From NCBI RefSeq assembly GCF_009914755.1, contig NC_060944.1: DNA of 64,000 nt. One strand, 5' to 3'. The notes below the pieces were generated by a model. It did no database searches and was not told where the DNA came from. It saw only the letters and a list, made by a program, of their open reading frames with translations. Below, piece after piece: positions 16,501 to 31,475 of this stretch. Within the stretch, counting starts at the first letter, position 1. The number at the start of each line of letters is the position of its first letter. Position numbers and translations under genes: made by a program. This stretch comes from the human T2T-CHM13v2.0 reference genome, Homo sapiens.

Positions 16501-18870
16501 TTGTGAGGGATCCGCACTGGGGGCAGCCCTTGTCTCATAGTGCACTGGCCCTAACATAGCAGGCAGTTCATTCCCCAAGGGACTCATGGAGAGGATACTA
16601 TGTTGTTGCAGATCTGCATGCCATTTTTGTACAGTGGAGGCTTGAGCAATGGCTAATTCAGGCCTGGCAGACAAGCCTTTCATCCAGCAAATGGGTTCCA
16701 TTTGCTGCAAGCCTTGTATACCTGTTCAGTCAAAACAGTGGATTTCACCACTCCTCCACAAACATCCTAGGGGAACTGTTTTTTTATTCTGGACTTGCCC
16801 GAGAGCCCCAGTGTTCCCATCAGGACTTATGGTCACATCTAAAGACACTGCTACTGTTGAAGGGACTCTGGGCTGGCCAAATAATATAGCACACCGTGGG
16901 GAAGAAAGGTGTACAGATTTTCTTTTACTTTCCCTCTTAACATAGCTTTTACTACCCAAATCCATAGGCATAATTCTCCAACAGATGTTCGTAAAGTGTG
17001 CCTTAAGAGGACATTTATACCCAAGATGTTTTGTGGACTAGATGAGATACAGTAAAGCAAGCAGGAGGTTCTAACCAGAACCAAGGGGGAAAGAAGTTTG
17101 TTTAACTCAGATTGTTCATCCCCCATAGCCATCTATAGCTCCCCACTTATCAGGATGTCTTTCTGCATTTCCATGAATTAAGGTGCATTTGACACCTGTG
17201 CCTACCACTGCTAAGGTCCTCTGCTTGTTTTCTGGACTTAAATGAATTGTGAACTCCACATGGACCTCTGGTCACCTCGATTGCTCATACATGAAGGCAG
17301 CCTCGGCCTTAACCCTATTCTCTAGGCTGGGAAGGACGCCACTCATTGAACATAGATTGGAGTTCTTTTCTGCAAAGTTTTTTCTTCTTTCTACTCTTCT
17401 GCTGGGGCAATAGGCAGGGCACTAGGCAGGGCATTAGCAGAAGTCAACTCCTTCCAAATGCCCACAAATATGGCCTTTTCTTTGTCCACCCCAGCTGAGA
17501 TTAGATTATACATTAGTTTTTCTAGTAACCCTAACTGAGTTACTGAAAGACTTGGCATGTCCTTCTTTTCCTTTTCCTTTGGTAAGCAGTCAGACCTTAT
17601 TTCTTCCCTCTTTCTCCAAGATTAGCTACAGTTCTCCCACATCACACACATCTTTTCCCATGAGGGAACTCAAGATGTATATGAGGGCACCATGCCAATT
17701 CCAAGGGACATTTTGTTAACTACTGATTTTTCATGACCATGGTAAACACAGCCTTATCTGATCCTTCAAATTATTGGATATATATGTCCTGCCACATACC
17801 CAACTCACTTAAATTGATGTATGTTTCCTCCAGTGATGGCCATGCCAGGGTCTGACCTGAGAAGTCTCCTTCATTTGGCCCGGCCTCGCTCATGGCCATG
17901 ATAATCCAGTCCATAACACTATGATTGCCCTGAACAGTTGTAGCTTTGTGCAAACACTGTCTCAAAGCAGGATGGGTGGTTATTTGTTCATTGTTTTAGC
18001 TTCACTGTCAGCTAGGGAGATGCCATTTCTATCAGAGTCCTAGTCACACAAACCATGTGGCTAACCTTTCTCTCAGCAACTATTTAAGTATTTTTGCTAT
18101 GTCTAATAGTTCTACTAAGGTGTACTCTCAGACAGTACAGGTTTATTGCAAAGACTGTCCATTATTGCCCAGCTCCATGTGTTGGGCTTTTGCTTTCTGC
18201 TGCATGAGTGGATTGCTCTAAAATGGGGACGGTAATCCTACACCTCTTCTGTGATAAACTCTGTCTTCATCTGGCTCACTAGTTGCTTTCTGATGATTCC
18301 AGACCTTAGCGTCCCAGTCAGGTTTAGCAAGGCAGTCCTCCACTTTCAGCTGGTGCAACTTCCACCCTCCCAGCTGCACAAGTGGCAGCTAGAGCTTCCA
18401 GCTGTGCCTCCTGTGTTTTGAACTCATCCCCCAAGGTAGTCACTAACACAGACATGGATGTCCTCAAACTCATGCTTAACAGTAATTTTTCTTGTAGCCA
18501 GATGACCCTGGTAATGGAATGTGGTGATGGCAGCTGGGCTGTTGAGCAGGATGATGAGTGGCAGAATTAGCAGGGCTCTGGCTCCCATGTTGGTCCATCC
18601 TGCTGGCATGGAGCTTTTTCCAGGCTGTGGGCTGGATGTGGTAGGTGGGGCTTCCTTTCTTCCCCAGACTAGCCCAGCAATTCTCCAGGAGCCAGGCCTC
18701 TGCGGCTAATTCTGTCTTGCACCTCAACACGGCAGGAAACAGACCCAAAGCAGGCAGTAACTTGCCTAGATCCCCAGAGGAGAGACGAACTCCTCCTCCC
18801 ACCTGGAGGCCCTGTCCCAGCTACCTTCACCCCATACCCCAGCACCACTACTGACCAGGGTTCCATCTTC
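13518..18870 (-). mobile_element. Class III ERV internal region (ERVL47/HERV-S-like): degenerate gag-pro-(RT deleted)-RNaseH-IN-env; no 5' LTR
   Basis: Env TM peptide LQNYMVFDVLTAAQGKAFAMIKTECCVFIPD (13704-13967); furin-like RWIR (14083-14094); integrase HHCC WVHEHSEHH...CLVC (~15895-16015); protease-like LAVVGTGVKCTLIHGN (~17168-17215); gag-like 17.4-18.85 kb. Confidence 0.85.
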
Positions 18871-21674
18871 TGGACTCTATGGGCATCTCCATTCTGGGCT
18901 CAGCCACGGTGGAAGTAAGATGTGGTGTCTTGGGAGACCTGGTTGAGCAGGTCTCTGTTTCCTCATCTGAAAAATGTACAAATAATGAACCTGTTGTGCA
19001 GGCCTTACAGAGTCCTGATGAGGTTCAAGGGAGAAAGGGAATTTGAGGGTCCTTGCATCTGGCTCTTCTTGATAAATATAATGGTGAGAACAATGGTGAT
19101 AGTCACATTCAACTGAGTCCTCAGGAGGCCCTGAGGTAGGCGTGGTTTCCACTGCCCTTTCCTGATGAGAAAGCAGCCTCTGGGAGGCCCGGCTTCATGC
19201 CCAGATGGCAAAGCCGTGAGTGCTGGAGCTGGGAGTGAGTCTAGAATCAGGACTCACTGGAGGTAGTGGGGGTATTGCATCAGCTGACCAAGGCCAGTTA
19301 ACCAGGGTTTGAGGTTAGTGTGGCTGGGGTGAAAAATGGTTGATGGAGGATAATCTCACTGACCTTACCCCTGACCCTCACAGTAGGGGACCTCCAAGTT
19401 GGTCACCCTGGAGAGGAACCCAGCAAATCTGGGGCAGCAGCAGGTGAGTGTGCCTGTGGTGGGGAGGGGCTGCAGGGAGTCAGAGGACAGGGACCGTCCC
19501 TCCCAGCTGGAGGCCTCTACATCAAGCAAGCAGGGGACCTTTCTCCCCCAGCTCTTCCCTCCTGTGACCACAGTGCCTGAAATGCCTCCATTAGAGAGAC
19601 CAGAAAAAGGGCCTGGGAGACCTTGGCTCACTGTGGATTTTGGGAATGGTGGAGCAGGGGACCCCATGATCTTATTACTTGCTAATATCCCACCAGAAAA
19701 TTAAAAAAAAAAAACAACAAACTGGGGATGCCCGCTGGCTTTGGACACCAGCTAGGGGAAAAAGGTGAGAATTGGGGGAAGACAGCTGGGGGTCCTTAGT
19801 TACTCCAAGTGAAAGACCTGGGTAAGGGGATACAGAAGACAGGAATGGTGAGATTTCACACGACAGACCTTGGACAGGCACCTAAAAGCGGGTGCTCATC
19901 ATCTCTAGCACTCTGATGGCCCAGGCTGTGTGCTGTCTCTGGGCATGTTCCTCAGTGATGCTGGACACTGCCATGAAGGACTGTGTGGATGGGAGTGAGC
20001 CTGGGGCAGGCAGGTCAGGGACCGGGATCCTGAGGCCTGGGAGGAGAGAGCCGAGGATTGAGCCCTTGGATCTCAGCACTCAGCAGACCTCCTCTCATGA
20101 GAGCCTCACAGCTGCCCCTGTGAGCTGGGGTGTCAGGCCCATGTCACCTATGAGTGGTGGAGGTTCCATAGCAGCTGCCAGCCTCTGCTTCCTGAGTAGT
20201 GATGCGTCAGGGCTGTCTGACTGCAAAGTTGTGTGAGGTTTGGGCTGAGCTGAACTTAGCCTGTCCCTCAGGTGGTGCCCATGAGAGGAGAGGGAAATTG
20301 CACCCATGAAAGATCAGACAGGTCCTAAATGGCTGAGCGCTTTCTCTTTATGCAAGGCCTCAATTTCCCTGTCTGTCATGAGAGAGGGTTGAGGCAGAAG
20401 GTTCCCAAGCCTCAGTGCCCATGCTGTCTCCTCTGGAGCCCAGAGGCTAACACAGGTCTCAGTTCTGCTTGGTGCACAACCCCTGACCCTCATAGCCTTG
20501 GCAGTAGCACAGCATGAGGGCAGGTGAGGAGTGGGGCTAGCCATGGGCCGGAGTGCCTTTCTGATGAACCTTGGCTGTCTGCCTTCCAGGGATATTAGGT
20601 CAGCACTCAAAAGAGGAAGATGAGCAATTGGGGCCCTCACTTTGGGGGATATTGGGAATGTGGAAGTCAGAGACCCTCCTGGGCAGGACGCCCCCTGGCT
20701 CCACCCTCTGCCTCTTAGATTTACTGGGAGGGTTGGATGCACAGAGAAGGAAGAAACCCATCCCAGTGGAGGGTGTGGGTAGGGGTCTGCAATCAATGAC
20801 AAATTCCTAGAGGAGGGGCTGTTTATATCCAACTCTGAAAACAGGTTGAAGCTGAATGGCATTGAAGAAGAGGGTGCCCTTTAAGAGAAAAGCCCTAGAG
20901 ACCAGCCCCTGCTCCTCCCACCCCAACAAGTCCCCTTCAGCATCTTCTATCCAGGCCCTGTCAGCATCCTGTCCTTCCCTCTGGGTCCAGGAAATCAAAG
21001 TCCTCCAAGAAATGCAGCCACTTCTGTAACAAGAGAGAACTGTCATCTTCAGAGTCAGGAGGAATTTGGGGTTTGGTTCAGGTCCATTGAAAAGCACAGT
21101 TGGAATAAAACTTGGGGGTAGCAGATATTCAGAGGGTAGGAGGAGACTCTCTCTTACAGCCAGCTTCAGACAGCCTGTGGACATGGCTCCCTGGTCAGCA
21201 GGAGAGCATGTTGCATGGGGATCCCTGGGCAGGCACTGGGAGGGAGGCCTGAGGTGTGGCTCCTGCAGCGTCATAGCTACTGCTCTTTCCTGCAGTGACA
21301 ACCTGTCCGGCCCACTGAGCCTCCATCCCAGTAGGCCAGCAACACCCTCAAGGCTAAGAAGATCAGGCCATGAAGAATCTCAGGGCCAATGAGTGCCCAG
21401 GTGGTAGGTGCAGAGTGCCTCAGGGCTCAGTGAAGTTTGGGCTGAGCACGGGCTCTGGACTTCCAACTAACTCCACTGTGACTAGCACTGTGATTGGGGC
21501 AGCCTCACTGCTCTGGAACTTGAGGTACCATTGTCACAGATATAAAACACCCTTCCAATCTTTTTCTTTTTTATCTTCCTCTGTAATCACCATGTACTAC
21601 TGCTCTGTTAGTGTTTTTATTCAAATTAATAAACATATGTTATACAGTGTATATCATTGTTCCTCATGATTTCT

Positions 21675-22960
21675 ACACCATACTGTATGATTCCAGTCAC
21701 ATGAGGTACTTATGGTCGTTCCATTCATAGAAACACAAGGTAGAAGAGTGGTTCCCAGGGGCTGTAGGGAGGGTAAAAGGGAGGTATTGTTTAATGGGCA
21801 CAGTTTTGGTTTTGCAGAATGAAAAATATAACATTTCCTATGAATGTGGATGATGGTTGCAAAACAATGTAAATGTACTTAATTCTTTTGAACTGCACAC
21901 TTAAAAATTGTTAAAATGGTTAATTTTGTATATATTTTACCACAATATAAAAATACTTAAAAAATAGACTATAGCTATATGCAACAGCATGAATGAATAT
22001 CACAAATATAATGTCTCATAAAGGAAAGTTGATGTAAAATATACATACTATATAATTTCATTCATATTAAATCCAAAAATCAAACAAAACTGAGGTTCTG
22101 GCTTCTACTCATTGTGGAGTAGCTTGGTGAACTAACACTCTTAAAAATAACAAACATGAAACCAGGATAAAAATACTATATATTATTATAGAAATCCATC
22201 TACATATAATATAAACACGACATATGTGTGAATAAGAAATAATGAGGATTTCACCTGTGCCCAGTGTAGGGGAGATAGGTAATAAAGTTTCAATTCAGCC
22301 CAGTAACACCTTAAAAAAAAAAAAAACTCTTCAAATAAACACAACCAAATCCAGAGTCTCTATAAATATCCTTTTTAGTTTGTAGTACACAATTTTGCAA
22401 TTAATGAGACCTGTGAAGAAACATGAAAATGCAATCCATACAGAAGATAAAATGCTGGCAGTAGAAGCTACCCCAATATATCCAAGATATTGTAATCAGA
22501 AGACAGGGATTTAAAGGCAGCTATTATATATGCATTCATGGGGATAAAGGAAAATAGTCGCATTACAAATGAACAGATGTGAAACTTCAGCAGAGAAATG
22601 GAAATTATGTGTATAAAAAGGAACCACATAGAAAGATAAGGAGATGAAAAAATATTTTGAGCTTATCCACAGATTAGAAACAGAAGACACAGCAATAGAA
22701 ATGATTCAATCTGAAGAAAAGAATTTAAAGAAAATAGACAGAGCCTTAGAGACCTGTGGGATAATTGAGTCTGAGAAAGAGGAGAGAGACAGACAAATCA
22801 AATGAGTTTCAAAATAAATTACCAACTGGTAAATGAATACTTTCAAAAAATTTTCCAAGACCTTAATTTTTATATACAAAAGGTCAACAACCCCCCCAAA
22901 ATAAATACAAATAAATACAAATAAAATCATACCAAGGCCACATTGTGACTGTGGAAACTG
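21675..22960 (+). mobile_element. Cluster of old L1 fragments (L1MB 3' end, L1M ORF1 pieces)
   Basis: atggttgcaaaacaatgtaaatgtacttaat..gaactgcacacttaaaaattgttaaaatggt (L1MB 3' end); cagagccttagagacctgtgggataat (ORF1-like). Confidence 0.65.
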
Positions 22961-23363
22961 GCAAGGCAGGGCTTTCAACTGACTTGTTATTAATGCTCCA
23001 GAAAGATGTCCCAGGGAGAGTCTGCTCTGGTGCATCCACCCTGCACGGAGCTGAGGCTGCGCCTACACTAGTTTCAGAAGTGTGTAGTTGTGGAGTACTT
23101 AGAGTTAATCTGAGAAAGTAAATGGAAAAATGGATTCAGATAATTATCACTGTTAAGTTCCACCAGCAAAGTATTGAAAGTGGTTATAAAGGGATATTTA
23201 AAAAGCAAAATTAAAAGATTTTCTAAGGGAGCCCTATTCACAGCAGAAATGCAGACACTGAACATGACCTCACCAAACAAACTTCCCTTATGTGTTGGGA
23301 GGGACCAAGGGGCCTTCTGGTCTTGCTGGTCTGTGTTAATTATGGCAGAGAAGTCCATACTAG

Positions 23364-24154
23364 TGAAACGGGAAAAGTTCACTTGTCCCTTTTGCAGGGC
23401 GTGCGATGGGGGTGTAACTTGCTTCTTCAGTGCCCTGCTGCTCAGACCTCTAGGGGAGCATACAGAGGGGCAGGCTATGGGGCTCTGACCCCATGGCAGT
23501 GATCTAGGGGTGAATGTTTACAGCTGAAGCCCCAGTGGACGTGTGTTACAGCTCTTAGTTTAGCTGTCCGTAGGCGACTTGTGTTAGTCATCTCAATTAG
23601 ACCCCTGCTTTATTGGAAGGACAGAGGGCTTTATGTATCCTGGGGTTCTTGCCTTGGTGTACTGGAAGAATTGGATCACATGTGGGCTTGGAGAATAAGC
23701 GCGAGGTTTTATTGAGTGGAAGTAGCTCTGAACAGATGGGGGAGGCAGAAAGGAGATGGTTTTCCCCTGGAATTGGGCGCCCGGGGGGCCTGGCTCTCTG
23801 GCCAAACTTCACCTCCTTCTGCCGGTGGATAGCCTGCTGGTCTGCTGGAGTCTATCCTGTGCTCTTCCACAGAGTACTCCCCTCTATGCCCAGAGGACGT
23901 CCAGAGGACCTGTGTGTCTGCCTGTTAGGGCCTCAGGGTTTTTATAGGCACAAGATGGGGGCGTGGCAGGCCACGGTGGTCTTGGGAAATGCAACATTTG
24001 GGCAAGAAAACAAAAATGCCTGTCCTCACCTAGGTCCGTGGGGGTGGAGCCCTAGCCAGGGACCATGCCCTCCTCTAACCCATACTTCCCTTCCCCCTTC
24101 CGTATCATTTGAAGGGACCACGCTCTTCCCTTCCAGCAGTTCCCTTCCTTATCA
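23364..24154 (-). mobile_element. Solo LTR1 (ERV1/HUERS-P2 type) with 4-bp TSD
   Basis: TG...CA termini; ggaagggaagagcgtggtccc..aaatgatacggaagggggaag, TATA and aataaa on the minus strand; CTAG duplicated at 23360-23363 and 24155-24158. Confidence 0.85.
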
Positions 24155-24599
24155 CTAGGACCCCAAGACCTGGGAACCAGCCTGGGTGGGGGTCAGTGGT
24201 GGATGTGGCCCCAAAAGCAGCTTAGGGGGTCCCTTCCTTGTGGCTGCTTCTTGACTGGATGGAGCAGTGTTCAGGCCTTTCCCCTGTGACGTTTTCTCCT
24301 AATAACGTCACAGGCCTTTCTCATGTGACTTTATTACAGCGGCTGGGGCGTCCCTGTGAGAGGCCTGACCCAGGTGTGGGGGGCGCAGCCAGACCGGGGT
24401 GCTCCTGGGGTGCAGAGGATTCGTGGCAGCACGGAGAGTCCGAGGGAAAGGTGACTTTGGAAAGGCAAGTGCCAGGTTACTAGGACCGTGTATATTCACT
24501 TCTGGCAGTGAAATGACGGTTTCAGACACTATGAGGGAGCTTCCCGAGTAGGATACAAAGAAAGCCTGCAGCTACCAGGTCCACGGGCTGATAGCCCCA

Positions 24600-25065
24600 C
24601 CTCTACGGAGAAGGCTACACGGCGCATGCTCGAAGGGCGTGACAAGGGGCGGGGCGAGAAGGAAGGGGCGGGGCTGAGGGGAGGGGTGGGGCAGAAGAAA
24701 GGGGCCGTGTGCGCCCACATACTGGAGGATCAACATTATCATGGCAACCCTGAGGAGGCTGTGAGAGTCTCTGGGGTCCTTGCCGGCCTGCAGAAAATCA
24801 AGCTTTGAGCGGGAAGCTTCGAGGAGACACAGTGTCACAATTACAAGGTGAGACCAGATGCCCTGGCCCCGCTGTCTCCTCGCAGGCAGGAGAGGTTTGG
24901 GAACACCCACGCTTCCCTCAGCAAGGCAGAACTGCACTGGACGCATGGAAGTGTGATTTGGAAAGCGGGACCTTCGTACGGAATGTTCGGAGTTGTAGTA
25001 TCTGTTCTACTCCCAGCCTGTTGGTTCTAGGGCTGCGGACTATAATCCCAGCATGCACTGGGTTT
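24600..25065 (+). promoter_or_regulatory. Housekeeping-type promoter remnant (GC boxes, G-rich tract, ZNF143/SBS-like motifs)
   Basis: Two ggggcgggg SP1 boxes in 24646-24691; local CpG enrichment; actataatcccagcatgcactggg at ~25040-25063 and a reverse actacaactcc at ~24988-24998. Confidence 0.6.
24741..24847 (+). pseudogene. Degenerate first coding exon resembling RPP40 exon 1
   Basis: Translates MATLRRL*ESLGSLPACRKSSFEREASR, then frameshifted HNYK|gtgaga; recalled RPP40 N-terminus is MATLRRLREAPRHLLVCEKSNFGNHKSR...YNYR followed by an intron. Stop at codon 8. Confidence 0.45.
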
Positions 25066-25784
25066 GGGTAAGAGACTGAAGCATCCAGGTGAAGAACTGG
25101 CATTGCTTCTACCTGTGGAGAGAGGACACCTGTAGGCTGCACGATTGACTGTGAATTTAGGAGGAGGATTAAAAGTTACCTGGCAAACAGTAGGCACCCT
25201 ACAAATACTGATTTTTCCCCCTCCTTTAAAAAGTTTGATCTCTTGTTAGATGGTGTTGAGTAATACAGAAATGGCAGGTATGCATGTGATTGGTGCTTAA
25301 ATGCACACAGTTCCCCATACCACAAGAGGAAACACACCACAGCCTGATCATTAGGACCAACAGCAAAATAAGTTTGCCTTTAATCTATTCACTGCATATC
25401 TAAACTTTGATCAAGCCCATGGACACACCTGAAGACATGGGGTTTCCTTCTTCTGGGCACAATCATCCTTTGATCAGTGTCTGCTCTGTAAAACAGGATT
25501 CCCCCTAACTCTACCAACCAGCAGATGGGAAGTAGTAATCCACCCGTGGACACTTCCTGCTTGCAGCCCACTGCTCTCTCAGGTTACCATTTTCAGATGT
25601 TGCAAGGATGGGGTACTCCCTTGCCTCTGAAAGGGAATGGAGGGTGGGGGGTGTGGTTCAGCACTCAGAGCTTCACTTCAATGTGGCAGCCACTGACCAT
25701 TGGGACCACTGAGCCCCTGGAATGTGGCTGGTCTGTATTGAGATGTGCTGGAAGTTTAAAATACAGAGTTTTATGGTTTTATTC

Positions 25785-25786
<2 letters not shown>

Positions 25787-25827
<41 letters not shown>

Positions 25828-25828
25828 G
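25787..25828. repeat. (TG)n microsatellite following a MER3/MER33-like fragment
   Basis: Direct reading; gaatgtggctggtctgtattgagatgtgctg just upstream. Confidence 0.8.
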
Positions 25829-26075
25829 TTTAAAAATGGCTTTTATTTGTATGTTATTGCACATTCCTAATACAGTGATTTCTGGAAATCACAGTATTTT
25901 GTAAACATAAGATTTATACTTTAACCATACCCAAAGTCTATTTTTATTTCTTGACAGAATTGCTTTTCTTAGTACACATGGCTCTGCTGTGGTTTAAAAC
26001 TGACTTTTTCATTTAAGGCAATCTGGACTCTATTAGTGAGAAATGCATTGTTTTTCTTGGTTTTATTCTCTAAAG

Positions 26076-26258
26076 GTTCCAGCATTTGGAGGCAAACATG
26101 AAGCTCCATCCTCTCCAATTCTGGGGCAACCGTGTGGAGATGATCAAAATGCTTCACCTTCAAAACTTTCAAAGGAAGAGTTAATACAGAGTATGGATCG
26201 TGTAGATCGAGAAATTGCAAAAGTAGAACAGCAGATCCTTAAACTGAAAAAGAAACAA
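26076..26258 (+). pseudogene. NCOR1: Isolated 183-bp NCOR1 exon (unprocessed NCOR1 pseudogene fragment; symbol is the parent gene)
   Basis: VPAFGGKHEAPSSPILGQPCGDDQNASPSKLSKEELIQSMDRVDREIAKVEQQILKLKKKQ matches the NCoR1 N-terminal coiled-coil region; acceptor ttctctaaag and donor caa|gtaaaa intact; no other NCOR1 exon seen. Confidence 0.92.
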
Positions 26259-26904
26259 GTAAAAGTCTTTGCCTAATATATTCTAAGAATGTATTTTTTT
26301 CTCCCTACCGAAGATATTTTTGAGTTTTCCATATTTTGAAACATTACATAAAAGGAATCATTCCTTATATATTCTGACTTGCTGTTTTTGCTACCATTGT
26401 GGTTTTCTTACATTCATTCATTTTCCTTGCTGCACTGTCCGATTATATGATTGTAGAGAGTGAAATTTGTTTGTCCATTCTATTTTTTATTTTTTTTTAT
26501 AATCCATACAATGGTGCTGGTTTTTGGTTCACATGCAGAGATTTTCCATGGCATGTGCCCAGGAATGGCAGTGCTTGGCCCAAGATTATGCACAGTGAAC
26601 TATTTAATAGATGATACCAAATTTGCTAAGAAGTAACACCTTTTTACATTCCCACTGGCAGCTTATGTGGGTACTGGTTTGTGCACATTCTTGCCTTTAC
26701 TTGATATCATTTTTTTCAGTTGAATATGAAATAGTCTTCTGTGGTTTGGAAGAAGGCTGAGCTTATTTTCATTTGTTTGTGGGTTATTTGCGTTCCTTAT
26801 GTGCATTGTTCAAGTCTTTTGTCTATAGTCTCCTATTTCAACATTGAAACTTTTAAGATTTCCTGAAGTCCCTTGTCAGATATGTGTATAGAAGATTTGC
26901 CTAG

Positions 26905-29090
<2,186 letters not shown>

Positions 29091-29599
29091 AAAATTTTTT
29101 TTGCTTTCATTGAGTTGTATTAAATTTTTAATATATGCCCAAAAATTCTAATTAAGTCTTTATTGGTTTGATTTTGCTGAGTCTGTTTTCTTTTTTTTTT
29201 TGTCTTTATTTTCTTTACTTGTACAATGGTAATAATCTAGTAATAACACCAACTAAATCACATGATTGTTTTATGAATTGAGATAATGAATATATTCATT
29301 ATCTCATAATATGTGGTACATAGTAAATGTACATGCGATCCATTATAATAATTAGAAATAATGAAATATGATGTATGATTATTATGAAATGTACCAGAGC
29401 CACAAATTTTATTGAGCAATATAAAAGACAACTAGAGAAAACAAAGAAATATGCCATACCTGGATGGAAACAGTAATAATAATGTTGTGTGTTCATCTTT
29501 GACTAAATCATGTCTCATACAATTTCAATAAAATTCCAATCAAATTTATTTTTAAAACATGGCAAATACATTGTAAAGTTAATGTAAAAGAACAAACAG

Positions 29600-29926
<327 letters not shown>

Positions 29927-30529
29927 TCATTAATGTTGGTTGAAAGCATGTTTGCACGTGTCTTTGATTTGCATTTTATTAACATCGATTGGTGTATTAA
30001 AAGTCCCTCTGAGCTTACCTTCTCTAAAAAAATGTAAGAAAAAGAGCCTGTGGGAAGGACTATGAAGCAGAGGGGCTGGTGTGAGCACATGCTGGGCAGG
30101 AGGAAAGAGGTAATGACCAGGACCAGGGAAATCCCCAAACTCAGCAAGTCAGGGAGCCAAATGAAAGCCTTTCATCCTGTATTGGCCACCTAACCCCATC
30201 GACACAAGTGAACATTCTCTTTTAGAGATACTCATTGTCCTGTTTTTTTCTGTAATCTTGTAAAGGAATCTGATTTCTCCCATTAGCCTTTCACAGGACT
30301 AAAATTTCACATTAGAATGCTATTCTTTAGAAAGCATCTTCTAGATTAGGCTGCAAGGAGATTGAGGAAGTTACTGTCAGTCGCTTATACCCCACAGGGA
30401 CATTAACTCACCAGAGCTTTGGTGGGGGAGTAGAGGAGCTCATTACAAGCAGGCCTGGATGCTGCACAGAGTGTAAAGGGGGCAGAAGGATCCAGGACAC
30501 CTAGGCCTGGAGATAGCGCTAATGCTGGG

Positions 30530-30890
30530 AGGTACCGTTATTATCCCCATTTTACAGAGGAGGAAACAGACACAGGTAGGTAATGTGATCAAGACCATGC
30601 TGCCGCGCAGTACAGGAGCCAGGATCTAAACCCAGGCAGCCTGCCTTGCCATCAGAGCTCTCACCCATAACCTCTTGCTGCCGTTAAGCAGGATTGCCCT
30701 GTGGCCAGGGGCACAGCTTCTGGGTTCACGTTCCAGCTTCTCTACCATTTCCAGCTGTGTGACCTCGGGCAAGTTACTTGTCTGTGCTCAGTGTCCTCTG
30801 CATAGTGGGTATAGCAATACCTGCCTCATGGAGTCCCTTAAGTGAGTTAATAGCTGTAACATGCTTAGAATGGTGCCATGTGCATCGTCA
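30530..30890. mobile_element. Two MIR fragments in opposite orientation
   Basis: ttattatccccattttacagaggaggaaacaga; agctgtgtgacctcgggcaagttactt. Confidence 0.7.
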
Positions 30891-31475
30891 CCATCCAGTA
30901 CATATGGGCCATCATGCCTGAATCCCAGATGGACACATATCCTTGAAGGGTCTAAAATCTAGGATCTTGAAATGCCTGACAGTGGGATCCTGAAATCCTC
31001 TGGCAGCATTCTAACATATTTTGGCTGCAGAATTTTACCCTGCTTCCCAGGGCTAGAAGGTGTGGGATCAACTGCTTACTCAGTTCAGCCCCAAAGTAGG
31101 CAAAGAAGGTTTTGTCACAGGCCTGCCTGGGGCCCAGCCCCTGTAACCACCCCTTGTCCCTCCCTTGCCTGCTCCCTCACCCAGATTCACACATGCACTC
31201 CAGGCCTTCTGGGCCCCAAGGGAAGGAGAGAGGGTGGGGAGTGGGTTCACTGGTCCACCAAAGCATGCTGCCTCCAGCCCTGCTGAACTGGTGGGTCCAG
31301 GGAATGGGCCTGGAGCTGAAGGGGTCTTGCCCTCCCTTTACCTTTAAGCCTTGATTTGCAGTGATCCAAGAGCTTCATCTCTTCCTGTGAGCCTGTCTGG
31401 ATGTTTATGCTGTATGGCATGGGCCCATTCTGGCAGGGGTGCACGGGGGTGCACAGGTGCACATGGCTGGCAGCC

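Noticed and set aside
20060-20130. Weak resemblance of LSTQQTSSHESL to TMEM61 (the gene neighbouring BSND)
   Set aside because: Only a few residues match and no other TMEM61 exon or splice site supports it
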